Shown here: one piece after another, positions 1 to 9,205 of the stretch
Numbering within the stretch: position 1 is the first letter of the stretch
Layout: every line of letters begins with the position of its first letter
NCBI GenBank assembly: GCA_030631505.1
Contig: DAOVKX010000001.1
Coordinates: 1 to 41,121, forward strand
Reading direction: 5' to 3'
Length of the DNA stretch: 41,121 bases
Source of the DNA: Candidatus Nanohaloarchaea archaeon
GTDB lineage: Archaea; EX4484-52; DAOVKX01
Program-made: the position numbers and the translations under genes
Notes under the pieces: generated by a model
What the model was told of the DNA's origin: nothing
Databases searched by the model: none
The model's input: the letters and a program-made list of their open reading frames with translations, nothing else

Positions 1-884
1 AGCCGGAAGAGGGCGGCTATGGCGAACTGATGAACATTGCTGCGGCAAGCAGTTCGGAAATAGCTGCAATAGCTGATATAGGCGAAGCAACAGCAAGTAA
101 AATAATTGCTGCGGCAAGAGGCCAGCTGGACATGGGTTTCGATACCGGATTAAAGGCAATGGAAAGAAGAGCATCTGTTGGAAAAATAACAACAAACAGC
201 AAAGAACTTGATACTTTGTTAGGTGGCGGTATAGAAACGCAGGCCGTCACAGAGGCATTCGGCGCTTTTGGTTCTGCAAAGACACAGCTGGCGCATCAGC
301 TCTCGGTAACCACGCAATTGCCAAAAAAAAAGGGCGGCTTGGAAGGTTGTGCTCTCTTTATAGACACTGAAAATACATTCAGGCCGGAAAGAATACAGCA
401 GATGTCAGATGGCCTCGGTCTTGATTATAAAAAAGTCCTGAATAATATTTTTGTCGCAAGAGCATACAACTCCGATCATCAGATTTTGCTTGTTGAAAAA
501 GCAAAGGATCTCATAAAAGAAAAGAACATAAAATTGGTTATAGTTGACTCCCTGACAGCGCACTTCAGGGCAGAGTACTGCGGCAGAGGGACATTGGCTG
601 AAAGACAGCAAAAATTAAACCGGCATATACAAGGTCTGCGAAAACTCGCAGATACATACAATGTATCAATTTTTGTAACAAACCAGGTAATGGCGCGACC
701 TGATATGTTATTCGGCGACCCGACAACAGCAATAGGGGGGCATATTGTAGGCCACGCATCAACATTCAGAATTTACCTGAGAAAAAGCAGGGGCGAAAAA
801 AGAATAGCCCGCCTGATTGACTCGCCGCACCTTCCTGACGGAGAAGCAGTATTTCGTGTCGTAACAGAAGGTATTGTTGATTAA
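1..884 (+). CDS. radA: DNA repair/recombination protein RadA (5' end cut by window edge)
   Basis: The frame is open from the first bases of the window (PEEGGYGEL precedes the first Met at 30). It has an HhH-like N-terminal part, the P-loop region [31 protein letters not shown], Walker [15 protein letters not shown] and the C-terminal [19 protein letters not shown], all in the order typical of euryarchaeal RadA. Confidence 0.95.
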   Translation, partial: PEEGGYGELMNIAAASSSEIAAIADIGEATASKIIAAARGQLDMGFDTGLKAMERRASVGKITTNSKELDTLLGGGIETQAVTEAFGAFGSAKTQLAHQLSVTTQLPKKKGGLEGCALFIDTENTFRPERIQQMSDGLGLDYKKVLNNIFVARAYNSDHQILLVEKAKDLIKEKNIKLVIVDSLTAHFRAEYCGRGTLAERQQKLNRHIQGLRKLADTYNVSIFVTNQVMARPDMLFGDPTTAIGGHIVGHASTFRIYLRKSRGEKRIARLIDSPHLPDGEAVFRVVTEGIVD

Positions 885-943
885 TCAGAGAGTAGAACAA
901 TTTCAAAACTAAAAACTTCTTTCAAAAAAAGTTGAGTAAGTAA

Positions 944-1204
944 TTAAAATATTTCTTTCTCATTGACTATGACAAAATCGCCGACAGATACCACAGCAGA
1001 GAAAGGTATCAGCACTCTTTTGTTTTCGTCTTCCTGCAATTGAAGATCTCTTGTGTGTTTTGTTGGTTCAACCAAAAGTACATTCATTAATTCTCCTGTT
1101 TCTGCTATAAAGGTTGCATCGCCGACTTTCCCGAACTTTCTCCCGGTCTGCTCACTGACGATTACCTTATCTATAAGCTCTTGTGCTCTTAACGCATCTC
1201 TCAT
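944..1204 (-). CDS. PRC-barrel domain protein
   Basis: A small (~86 aa) protein starting MRDALRAQELIDK. It contains VVSVGDFVIVNEK and a G-x-x-G-K-V-G-D core typical of archaeal PRC-barrel proteins. I chose the start at the internal ATG (1204) rather than the ORF-track Met at 1231. Confidence 0.65.
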   Translation of the reverse strand: MRDALRAQELIDKVIVSEQTGRKFGKVGDATFIAETGELMNVLLVEPTKHTRDLQLQEDENKRVLIPFSAVVSVGDFVIVNEKEIF

Positions 1205-1269
1205 AAAAAAACCCCCATAACCTCTATACAATTAAATTGTACTTAAAATTTATAAAGTCACCGTGCATT

Positions 1270-2001
1270 TTACAATACGGCCATAATAAACGCAGTAAGC
1301 AACCCACCAAACAGAGTTGTAACAAAATTAACAGAGCCATTTGTAATGACTTTTTTGTTCTCAAGCCATGCTCCAAGAAAACTATCCACAAAAGAGCCGG
1401 TAAACCCTCCGGCAAAGACAGCCCAGAACAGAACCATGCTTTTCAAAAACAAAAAATACGCAAGTGTTGCAATTATAATGGCGCCTATTGCAGAAGCCAG
1501 ACAGCCCAAAATAGAAATGCCCCCATTTGTCCCTCTTGGAACCTGTGTTCTCATATGAGTTATAAGATATGGCCTTTTTTTGGATAAAACACCTATCTCA
1601 GAACTTAATGTATCTGCCAGTGCTGCGGATACACTACCAAGATATATATACGGGAAAGAAAAAACTGCAGCCATAAATGCAACAAGGCCATTTGACAAAA
1701 CATTATCCACTCCACGCGATGTATGTTTTTCTATAGGTGTTGTGCTAAAATCGAATAATGCAGGAATCTTAGCCGCAAATTGTAAAATGGAGTTGCGTGA
1801 AGACCTGCTTTTTATATTAAAAAAAGTGGCTGAGACCCCAACAGCAAGGAATATAAACATAACCAGAAACCACTCAAACCCCCGCAAAAACCAGATAATC
1901 AAACCAAAAAGAGACGATACTACTAATGCCTGCGAGTCAAATGCTTTTATGTTTAATAAAGCAGCTATAATTATAGATATAACCAAAAATTCAGCCATCA
2001 T
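1270..2001 (-). CDS. DUF92/TMEM19-family integral membrane protein (polyprenyl-phosphate-kinase-like fold)
   Basis: Multi-pass hydrophobic protein with SRGVDNVLSNG, ALADTLSSEIG and RGTNGGISILG motifs, characteristic of the DUF92 (TMEM19/VTE6-like) family. Confidence 0.75.
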   Translation of the reverse strand: MMAEFLVISIIIAALLNIKAFDSQALVVSSLFGLIIWFLRGFEWFLVMFIFLAVGVSATFFNIKSRSSRNSILQFAAKIPALFDFSTTPIEKHTSRGVDNVLSNGLVAFMAAVFSFPYIYLGSVSAALADTLSSEIGVLSKKRPYLITHMRTQVPRGTNGGISILGCLASAIGAIIIATLAYFLFLKSMVLFWAVFAGGFTGSFVDSFLGAWLENKKVITNGSVNFVTTLFGGLLTAFIMAVL

Positions 2002-2566
2002 TTTTATACCTCTTCACCTTATCGTTTAACTTACCGAGTAACTTGCCTACCTGACTCTTTAGTTCATCTTTTGTACCGTTATTGTTTATTCTGAATTCTG
2101 CAGAGTTTAATAATTCATTTAACCCATAATTTTTTTCCCTTTTGTCTCTCTCCTTGTAATCGTTCTCGGTCAAACCAACAAACCTTCTTCTTTTTTTAGC
2201 CCGTTCATAACGAACTTTCTTTGAACAATCAACGCCAACCAGATAAACATCACTGAGTTCATGTTCCTTTATGTACTCATATTCCCTCCGGTTTCTACAG
2301 CCATCAATAACCTGATTAACACAACCAGATCCATGCAAAACAGATAACACCTTTTGAGCCAATTGAATATCCTTGCCAGTTCTGTGGAAATATAACGACA
2401 CAGATACAACATTAGGTGCAGTATATGCTATATTATGCTTGGACAGTTCTTCCTTTATAAAACTTCCAAAAGATATTGTAAAAAATCCTTTGGATTTCAG
2501 GTAATTGGAAATTTGGGTTTTGCCAGAACCTGGAAACCCGGCAATGCATAGTATCATAATTATCAC
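1991..2566 (-). CDS. P-loop nucleotide/nucleoside kinase-like protein (UPF0200-like)
   Basis: N-terminal Walker A IAGFPGSGKT. Length (~190 aa) and the later R-rich RYERAKKRRR ... ERDKRE segment resemble archaeal UPF0200/adenylate-kinase-like proteins. The gene overlaps the downstream DUF92 gene by 11 nt. Confidence 0.65.
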   Translation of the reverse strand: MIIMILCIAGFPGSGKTQISNYLKSKGFFTISFGSFIKEELSKHNIAYTAPNVVSVSLYFHRTGKDIQLAQKVLSVLHGSGCVNQVIDGCRNRREYEYIKEHELSDVYLVGVDCSKKVRYERAKKRRRFVGLTENDYKERDKREKNYGLNELLNSAEFRINNNGTKDELKSQVGKLLGKLNDKVKRYKNDG

Positions 2567-2591
2567 AAAATAAGGTTCTGTTTTTATATTG

Positions 2592-3650
2592 TTATGTTTC
2601 GGCTTTGATTATCTTAAATTTTGGGGTAGGGTGATAAAAATATGTTTTCCCGTGACGTTCACGTGTAACAAGATTAGAATCCAGCAAACGCATCAAAATA
2701 TTGTTTATAGCCCTCAGGGCATGTGCATCGGACTTATACTCTTTTGTATTAAGTTTGTTTGTTATTTGCGCAGGTGTTAAACTCTCATTTAAAAGGAGAT
2801 TGATTATGTCTTCCTGCTTTTTCGTTAACTGAACATCTTTGTAGCTCTCGGTAGTTCTTCTGCTTGGCGGTTCCTGCTTAAAATATGACTTGTCAATAAT
2901 AGTCAATTTCCTCTCAACAGCCCGATGAACGAGAGAATCGCAAAGTTTCAATACTTCACGGGGAAATCCACCAGACCTTGTACATATTTCCTCGATTGTA
3001 TCCAGAGTAAACGGGTCTATCCCTTGACCGTGAACTTTGGAAATTCTTTTCTTTATCAACGTGAACACGTCATCCTTTGTTAATGGACCAAGCTCAACAT
3101 GGAGAACTATTCTCTGCGACAAAGACTCCAGTTGTTTTAAATTCTCTGTTTTAAATTTAGGTAACCCTGCCAGAATAACAGTCACTCCTTCAATTTGATC
3201 CACAAGAGCCCTCAACCACTCCAAAACGTGAACATTTGTCTCGTGAACTTCATCTATCAACAACAAAACAGGACTTCCTGAATATCTGCAGTTAAATCTG
3301 TCTGCCAGATTATAAAGAGTCAGTTCTGCATCTCCAGCTATCCTTTGAAAAAAGGAGGGCTTCAATAGAGTTGTTCTGAAAACAGAAACCAGTTCTTCTT
3401 CGTTCAGCGGTGGTTTCGGAAAATAAAGAACATTGTATTTCTTGGAAAGCAATCTCAAAAGCGTTGTCTTCCCTGAGCCAGTTGGACCTGTAATCAGCAT
3501 ATGTTTGTGTCCTTCATTAATATGTCTGTAAAGCAAACTGACTTTTTCTTCATGGCCAACAAACAAATCAGGATATATCTCCAGCGTGAAGGGGTTCTTC
3601 TCCCAACCCATCTGCGAAAACCATTCATCTTCTTTCATGTGAACATTCAT
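2592..3650 (-). CDS. AAA_22/ExeA-like AAA ATPase with C-terminal winged-helix domain
   Basis: WEKNPFTLE lead-in, Walker A ITGPTGSGKTTLL, Walker B LLLIDEVHE, and a C-terminal ~70 aa MarR/TrmB-like wHTH (LTKKQEDIINLL ... LVTRERHGKTYFY). I chose the start at MNVHMKEDEW (3650). The 176 codons upstream in the ORF track are antisense to thpR and hydrophobic low-complexity. Confidence 0.75.
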   Translation of the reverse strand: MNVHMKEDEWFSQMGWEKNPFTLEIYPDLFVGHEEKVSLLYRHINEGHKHMLITGPTGSGKTTLLRLLSKKYNVLYFPKPPLNEEELVSVFRTTLLKPSFFQRIAGDAELTLYNLADRFNCRYSGSPVLLLIDEVHETNVHVLEWLRALVDQIEGVTVILAGLPKFKTENLKQLESLSQRIVLHVELGPLTKDDVFTLIKKRISKVHGQGIDPFTLDTIEEICTRSGGFPREVLKLCDSLVHRAVERKLTIIDKSYFKQEPPSRRTTESYKDVQLTKKQEDIINLLLNESLTPAQITNKLNTKEYKSDAHALRAINNILMRLLDSNLVTRERHGKTYFYHPTPKFKIIKAET

Positions 3651-3720
3651 GTGAACATCACCTAGAACCTGTAAGAGATTTAATGAATATAAATATATAA
3701 ATATAACTTTAAGTATTATT

Positions 3721-4284
3721 ATGCGTTGTTTTATTGCTATTGATTTGCCAGACAGCATAAAAGAAGAAATAAAAGAACTGCAAAGAAATATAAAGGAAAA
3801 AGGAATAAAAAATATAAAAGCAGAAAATCTGCATATTACGCTAAAATTTCTTGGAAACTTAAACGAACGTGAAGTTAAAAGAATAAAAAATGAACTGCAT
3901 TTATTAAACCCGAAAGAAAAATTTAAAATACATCTTGAAAATCCTGGCGTATTTACACGCCAAAATATTATAAGAATCATCTGGCTCGGGGCAAGCAAAA
4001 AAGACGATATATTATCTATTAAAAACGAACTGGATGCCAGATTAGCAAAACATGGCTTTGGCGAAGATAAAAAGTACACACCCCACGTGACAATCGCAAG
4101 AGTAAACACAGGAAACAATGAGAAAGTCAAAAACAGAATCATGCAACTAAAAGACTTTAAAACTTCAGAATTTTTCATTGATGCAATAAAGTTAAAACAA
4201 AGTACATTAACGCCAGAGGGGTCCCTCTATAAGGATTTGGAAATCATAAAAATTCACCGCAGAGGTTCCACAGCACCGCCTTAA
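3721..4284 (+). CDS. thpR: RNA 2',3'-cyclic phosphodiesterase / 2'-5' RNA ligase family (ThpR/LigT)
   Basis: Starts MRCFIAIDLP and carries the two H-x-T-x motifs of the 2H phosphoesterase superfamily (HITLKFLG and HVTIARV). Size ~187 aa. Confidence 0.85.
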   Translation: MRCFIAIDLPDSIKEEIKELQRNIKEKGIKNIKAENLHITLKFLGNLNEREVKRIKNELHLLNPKEKFKIHLENPGVFTRQNIIRIIWLGASKKDDILSIKNELDARLAKHGFGEDKKYTPHVTIARVNTGNNEKVKNRIMQLKDFKTSEFFIDAIKLKQSTLTPEGSLYKDLEIIKIHRRGSTAPP

Positions 4285-4340
4285 AAAATCCATGAAGTTG
4301 AGATATCAAAAGACGTACATAAATCAGGTTTTGGTTTACA

Positions 4341-4745
4341 ATGACCTTTCTGGTAAAATCAATTTTGGTGATACAAATTAACGAATCTGCTCTGCTGAAA
4401 ATATGCCTGATAATGTCTGTCACAGGGCTTGTTATGATTTATTGTCTTGTGCAAAATGTAAACCCGAAAAATGTACATATTGGTGAACTCAACACAGGCA
4501 TGACAGGAGAAACTATAAAAATCTGCGGAAGCATTACAAGTAAATACATAAGCAAACAAGCAGTTTTCCTTGAGATCGCTGATGAAAGCGGAGATATCAA
4601 AGTCGTGTTTTTTGAGGATTTTGCCAAAACGTCAAACGCTTATGAAACAGAAGAAAACAAAGAGGTATGTATCACAGGCATTCTGGACACATACAATGAA
4701 AAACTGGAAATCCTGGGGAGGAAGATTGGGCATGCAGAACAATAA
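4341..4745 (+). CDS. membrane-anchored OB-fold (tRNA_anti-like) protein
   Basis: An N-terminal hydrophobic helix is followed by a ~80 aa segment (ETIKICGSITSKY ... VFLEIADESGDIKVVFF ... VCITGILDTYNEKLEI) with the beta-strand pattern of OB-fold nucleic-acid-binding domains. The family assignment is tentative. Confidence 0.5.
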   Translation: MTFLVKSILVIQINESALLKICLIMSVTGLVMIYCLVQNVNPKNVHIGELNTGMTGETIKICGSITSKYISKQAVFLEIADESGDIKVVFFEDFAKTSNAYETEENKEVCITGILDTYNEKLEILGRKIGHAEQ

Positions 4746-5808
4746 ATATAAAAAAAGAATAGAAAAATCAAAGGCAGTTTTAGAATTAAAAAATTTAGAT
4801 GCTGTTTTGTTAACGTCGCTGAATACTCCTTCCTCAAACATATACTACTTCACAGGATATGTTCCTCAAGAACCAACTTTTTTATTGATAACAAAAAACA
4901 GGGAACTGCTTTTAACATCTGAAAAAGAAAAAGTAGAACATAAATGCAAAGTTAAGGAAATAATCGACTTGCAGGAATTCAAAGTTTCGGATATGTTAAA
5001 AAAATTAAGTCTTGAAAAAGGAAAAATAGGCATTGATGGAAAAACAAGTTACAATATGTATCTAAAACTGCAAATAAAACTGCCTGAAGTAACTTTTGTA
5101 GATGTCGACCAAGACATTGAAAAAATACGGGCAATCAAAGAGCCGGAAGAAATTGAAAAAATTAGAAAGTCATGCTTAATCACAGACAGAATATTAAGTG
5201 AAATTATCAATGAAGGTCTAAAAAACAAAAACGAAGAACAAATAGCAAGTGAAATAAGAAAAAAGATAGTCAACGTGAACAAAAGATGGTCATTTGAGCC
5301 GATTGTTGCAGGAGATATAAATTCATCATATATCCATCATTACTCCGGAAATAAAAAATTTAAAAATACAGTATTAATTGACCTTGGAGTTAAAAACGGG
5401 TTTTATTGTTCTGATATGTGCAGAACATTCATGTTAAAGAAAAACAAAAAAATACAGAAAGTTCTGGAAACCTTAACAGAACTTCACAGCCAATTAGATG
5501 AATATATAACTATAGGAAAAACAGTTTCAGATGTTGAGTCCTTTTCCCAGAAAATGCTGACAGAAGCAGGTTATGAAACCACGCATTACGGGAACTTTCA
5601 CGCTTTGGGGCATGGGGTTGGTCTTGAGGTTCACGAAAGTCCTGCATTCTCAAAAAAGAGCGCAATGAAATTGACTGAGAATATGGTTTTTACATTAGAG
5701 CCAGCAATATACATAAAAGAGAATTTTGGCGTCAGGATTGAAGATGTTGTTGTGTTAACAAAAAAAGGAATAAAACGGCTGACTAAATTTCCTATGTCTG
5801 TTTCTTAG
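4732..5808 (+). CDS. M24-family Xaa-Pro peptidase (PepQ/PepP-like)
   Basis: Creatinase_N-like N-terminus (RIEKSKAVLELKNLDAVLLTS ... YYFTGY). The pita-bread catalytic half has DLGVKNGFYCSDMCRTF, HALGHGVGLEVHE and FTLEPAIY ... GVRIEDVV metal-ligand motifs. I chose the start at ATG 4732, which overlaps the previous gene by 14 nt. Confidence 0.85.
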   Translation: MQNNKYKKRIEKSKAVLELKNLDAVLLTSLNTPSSNIYYFTGYVPQEPTFLLITKNRELLLTSEKEKVEHKCKVKEIIDLQEFKVSDMLKKLSLEKGKIGIDGKTSYNMYLKLQIKLPEVTFVDVDQDIEKIRAIKEPEEIEKIRKSCLITDRILSEIINEGLKNKNEEQIASEIRKKIVNVNKRWSFEPIVAGDINSSYIHHYSGNKKFKNTVLIDLGVKNGFYCSDMCRTFMLKKNKKIQKVLETLTELHSQLDEYITIGKTVSDVESFSQKMLTEAGYETTHYGNFHALGHGVGLEVHESPAFSKKSAMKLTENMVFTLEPAIYIKENFGVRIEDVVVLTKKGIKRLTKFPMSVS

Positions 5809-6844
5809 CATTTTTCAGTGCGGCGATTGTTAATTTTATAGCATTATCAATATCTTTTAAGCTTGCTACTTCAACAGGTGAGTGCAGATATCTTGTAGCA
5901 ACCTGAATTGTTCCTGTATAGATTCCCGTTTTGGATATTTGCATTGCGGTCCCATCGGTCACTCCCCCTTCTATAACTTCAAGCTGATATGGTATTTTAT
6001 TTTTCTTTGCCGTCTGGGTTAACCAATCCTTTATTTTCTTTTGTACAATCAGCCCGCGCCCTGCAGCTTCTATTAAACCCAGTACAGGACCATCGCCGAT
6101 TTGTATCGCTACTTCTTCCTCTTTTATGTTTGGCGTCCCTCCGGCAATAGCAGTATCTACTGCTAATGCAACATCAGGTTCAATACCAAAAACAGAGGTC
6201 TTTGCACCTTTTAAACCAACTTCCTCCTGAACACTGCCAACACAATATAAAGTTATATCTTTGCCGTCAAACTGTTTCATAACCTCAATAAGAATTGCAC
6301 AGCCAATCCGATTATCTAATGCATTGCCACAAACCAGATCAGTATTTGTAAGATTCATAAATTTTTTATCAAAAACAATAGGGTCTCCAATCTCGATGCC
6401 CATATCTTCAACATGTTTTTTGTTTTTTGCACCAATATCTATGAATAAACTTTCCAATTCATACGGCTTTTTCTGTTCTTCCTCTTTTTGTAAATGTGGA
6501 GGTTTAACACCAATCACACCGTTTATTACTTTGCCCTTGGTATATACCTGCACTCTTTGACTTGGAAGATTTCTTGGGTCTATGCCTCCAGACCGAATAA
6601 ATCTGATAAATCCTTCTTTTGATATGTATTTAACTATAAATCCCACTTCATCCATATGTGCGCAAATCATAATTTTGAGTTTTCCCTCTCCTTTCTTTAA
6701 AATCAGATTACCTAATGCGTCTCTCCTGACAGAGTCTGCATGACCCTTTAACTCATCCTTTATTATATCTGCAACATTTCCCTCAACTCCGGAAATCCCC
6801 GGAGCTCCTGATAGTTTCTGAAGAAGTTTTTTGAGTTTATCCAT
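5792..6844 (-). CDS. M42-family (TET/FrvX-like) aminopeptidase
   Basis: LSGAPGISGVEGNVADIIKDEL, CAHMDEVGFIV, GNALDNRIGCA, VQEEVGLKGA and a C-terminal RYLHSPVEV match the M42 glutamyl/tetrahedral aminopeptidase layout. Confidence 0.85.
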   Translation of the reverse strand: MDKLKKLLQKLSGAPGISGVEGNVADIIKDELKGHADSVRRDALGNLILKKGEGKLKIMICAHMDEVGFIVKYISKEGFIRFIRSGGIDPRNLPSQRVQVYTKGKVINGVIGVKPPHLQKEEEQKKPYELESLFIDIGAKNKKHVEDMGIEIGDPIVFDKKFMNLTNTDLVCGNALDNRIGCAILIEVMKQFDGKDITLYCVGSVQEEVGLKGAKTSVFGIEPDVALAVDTAIAGGTPNIKEEEVAIQIGDGPVLGLIEAAGRGLIVQKKIKDWLTQTAKKNKIPYQLEVIEGGVTDGTAMQISKTGIYTGTIQVATRYLHSPVEVASLKDIDNAIKLTIAALKNAKKQT

Positions 6845-6895
6845 AATATCACAGTAATATATAACCGCCAAACATAATAAATCTTTTGGAAAAAA

Positions 6896-7834
6896 TCACA
6901 ACATCAGCAGATTCCCTTTGTCCATAATAAGTTTTCCGTCGATTTCAACAGTTGGATTAAAAATTAATCCATCCTGGTGAGTAGAACATTTTATTTTGCC
7001 GCCAAAAGACACACTCGTCCCTATTGCCAAATGTATAGTCTCTAAGAGCTTTTCGTCCTGCAGTATGGTTTTAACAAATATGGCTTTAGGATTTAGGCCA
7101 ATCCCAAATTCCGCCAAATTTCTTGAACATTCTCCGATTTGGTTCAAAATTTCGTCAAATTCTGAATCGCTGGTTTCAGTGATTTTCCCGTTTTTAAAAA
7201 TCAGCTCAACTTCTTTGCCGTATAATCTATGAAACGTTGTAAATACATTCCCATTTGCTGTTTCTTCCAAAGGCGCTATGTATATTTCGCCGGCTGGCAG
7301 GCTCCCGAACTTCCCAGGTTTCGTTAAAACCCCATCATCGACAAACCAGTTTCTTCCTTTGACAGAAAACGTTATGTCTGTTCCATTTGGTGCAGTAACA
7401 CGAATTTTATCAGAACCCAACAAGTTCTGTTTTAGTTTCTCACAGTTGTCTGCTATTTCAGAACAGTCTGCTGTTAACCCGGTTTTAAACATTTCTTCAG
7501 TAATTCCCGGCATGCTCCCAACTCTTGCTCCCTGCTCACACGCCTGAATTCTTGCCTGTGTGTGGCTTAATGATTTGGTTGTTGGGATTAAGATTGCATC
7601 TGCATTTTTCATTGCGTCTGCAACATAGTCCGGCGGTTCTTCACCGCTATGTTTGGTCTCTTTTATTTTGATTATCTCGGTTTCTTTGGCATATTTCTCA
7701 GAAACTTTCCTTAAAGCTTCTGCAATTTTCATCCTTTTGGAATCTGTAATAATCAGAACTTTCTCATCCGGCTTGACTCCCAGATTCCGGGTTATTATAA
7801 CTTCTGCTCCTTTTTCTAAGGCCTCTGCACCCAT
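6896..7834 (-). CDS. aminopeptidase, M29/AmpS-like (short archaeal form)
   Basis: GAEVIITRNLGVKPDEKVLIITD at the N-terminus and AEFGIGLNP ... LAIG ... THQDG near the C-terminus resemble COG2309-type thermophilic metalloaminopeptidases. It is shorter than classical M29 enzymes. Confidence 0.65.
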   Translation of the reverse strand: MGAEALEKGAEVIITRNLGVKPDEKVLIITDSKRMKIAEALRKVSEKYAKETEIIKIKETKHSGEEPPDYVADAMKNADAILIPTTKSLSHTQARIQACEQGARVGSMPGITEEMFKTGLTADCSEIADNCEKLKQNLLGSDKIRVTAPNGTDITFSVKGRNWFVDDGVLTKPGKFGSLPAGEIYIAPLEETANGNVFTTFHRLYGKEVELIFKNGKITETSDSEFDEILNQIGECSRNLAEFGIGLNPKAIFVKTILQDEKLLETIHLAIGTSVSFGGKIKCSTHQDGLIFNPTVEIDGKLIMDKGNLLML

Positions 7835-7894
7835 AATATTATATTCGCAAAGGTTGTTAATAAACCATTCATTAAAAAGAAAAAAGCAGAAGGA

Positions 7895-9205
7895 TTACAA
7901 GTCCTTCTGTGTCAGGATTTCTATGCTGTTTGACCTTATCCGGTCTTTATTATCAGAACAGACAAGGTACTTTACGCCAACACCTTCCGCTAACCTTACT
8001 GTGTTCTGGTCAGCGCATCCATCAAGGATTATGGCAAATGGCTCTGTTACCTGTTTTATTGATTTTTGTAGTTCTTTTATCGGAACTCTGCCTGAGAATT
8101 CCATATTCCTGCCATATATGCTTGCGGCCTTGGTCCCGACAAGCTCATTTGTCTGTTCTTTAAATGTTTTTTTCGTTTTCTCATCCAGTTGTTTTTTTCT
8201 GATGATTCTCGGCATGGAAAAAGGTTTTGAAAAAGTGCCTGTGCTTGGTTTTCTATATCCTACGCCGGTTCTTGAAACAACTCTTGATGTTTGTCTATAA
8301 GTTGTTTCTGCGACAGGTTTCTTGTATGTCCTGTATCCTGAAGTTCTCGGGGGCATCTGGACTTCCTTTCTTTCTGTGGCGGCAGGTTTCAGTTCTGTTG
8401 CCTGAGCTGCAGGAATCCGTTCCCTGATTGCTTTGAATATCTCTTTTTTCGTAAGTTCTTCAACCTCTTTGCCATATGGCGCTCTTGCAACAAAATCCAG
8501 TTCTGCAATTTGCTTGAGTTCCTTTAGGATTAGGTCGCCGCCCCGGTCACCATCAAGGAATGCTGTTACTTCTTTCTCTTTTGAAATCGCCCCGACAACC
8601 TGAGGTATGGATGTGCCTCCGATTGCAATAACATTTTTAATTCCCTGTTTTAAAAGGACGATGACATCTGCTCTCCCCTCAACAAGAGTTACAGACTCTG
8701 ATGTTGCTGCATCAGGTCCAGCAGCAAGACCTCGATAATTCACGACTTCGCCAGCCCTTACTGCTTGTTTAAGCTCTTCTGTAACTGTTGCGGTCTCCGG
8801 CAGGTTATGAATCAGGTTTGATAACAGGTTCTTTGCCCTGTTAACTATATAGTCTCTCTTTGTTGAACGCAGATCCTCAACTTTTTCCACGTTTATTTTC
8901 GCATCGCACGGACCAACACGGTCTATAGTTTCCAGCGTCGCCGCGATAAGCGCTGTTTCTGCGCTGTCCAGACTGGACGGGATTATTATTTTCCCTTTTG
9001 ACTTCCCGTTTCTCGATTCTGTTTTAACTTCTATCCTGCCAACGCGTCCTGTCCTCTGCAGCTCCCTCATATCTAAATCAGGACCTAAAAGACCCTCTGT
9101 CTGGCCAAACAAGGCCCCGATAACATCCGGCCTTTCAACAATGCCTTCTGCATCAAAATCCGCTTTTATAACATACTTAACTGATGTTTGCGCTAATTTT
9201 GCCAT
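7895..9205 (-). CDS. dnaG: archaeal DnaG primase-like protein (Toprim)
   Basis: KYVIKADFDAEGIVERPDVIGALFGQTEGLLG N-terminus typical of archaeal DnaG. Toprim core has VTLVEGRADV ... IAIGGTS ... FLDGDRGGDLILKEL. I chose the start at MAKLAQTS (9205). Confidence 0.9.
   Translation of the reverse strand: MAKLAQTSVKYVIKADFDAEGIVERPDVIGALFGQTEGLLGPDLDMRELQRTGRVGRIEVKTESRNGKSKGKIIIPSSLDSAETALIAATLETIDRVGPCDAKINVEKVEDLRSTKRDYIVNRAKNLLSNLIHNLPETATVTEELKQAVRAGEVVNYRGLAAGPDAATSESVTLVEGRADVIVLLKQGIKNVIAIGGTSIPQVVGAISKEKEVTAFLDGDRGGDLILKELKQIAELDFVARAPYGKEVEELTKKEIFKAIRERIPAAQATELKPAATERKEVQMPPRTSGYRTYKKPVAETTYRQTSRVVSRTGVGYRKPSTGTFSKPFSMPRIIRKKQLDEKTKKTFKEQTNELVGTKAASIYGRNMEFSGRVPIKELQKSIKQVTEPFAIILDGCADQNTVRLAEGVGVKYLVCSDNKDRIRSNSIEILTQKDL

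Noticed and set aside
3579-3596. An ORB-like string, CTCCAGCGTGAAGGGGTT, inside the AAA ATPase gene.
   Set aside because: It lacks the GAAA block and has the wrong spacing between the dyad half and the G-run. It is coding sequence, so I judge it a chance resemblance.
3651-4178. The ORF track extends the AAA ATPase gene to 528 aa, adding 176 N-terminal codons.
   Set aside because: The extension is exactly antisense to the well-supported thpR gene. It translates to Phe/Ser/Leu/Ile-rich low complexity, the mirror image of Lys/Glu-rich codons. It also precedes a good internal start followed by the conserved NPF lead-in, so I treat it as a shadow ORF.
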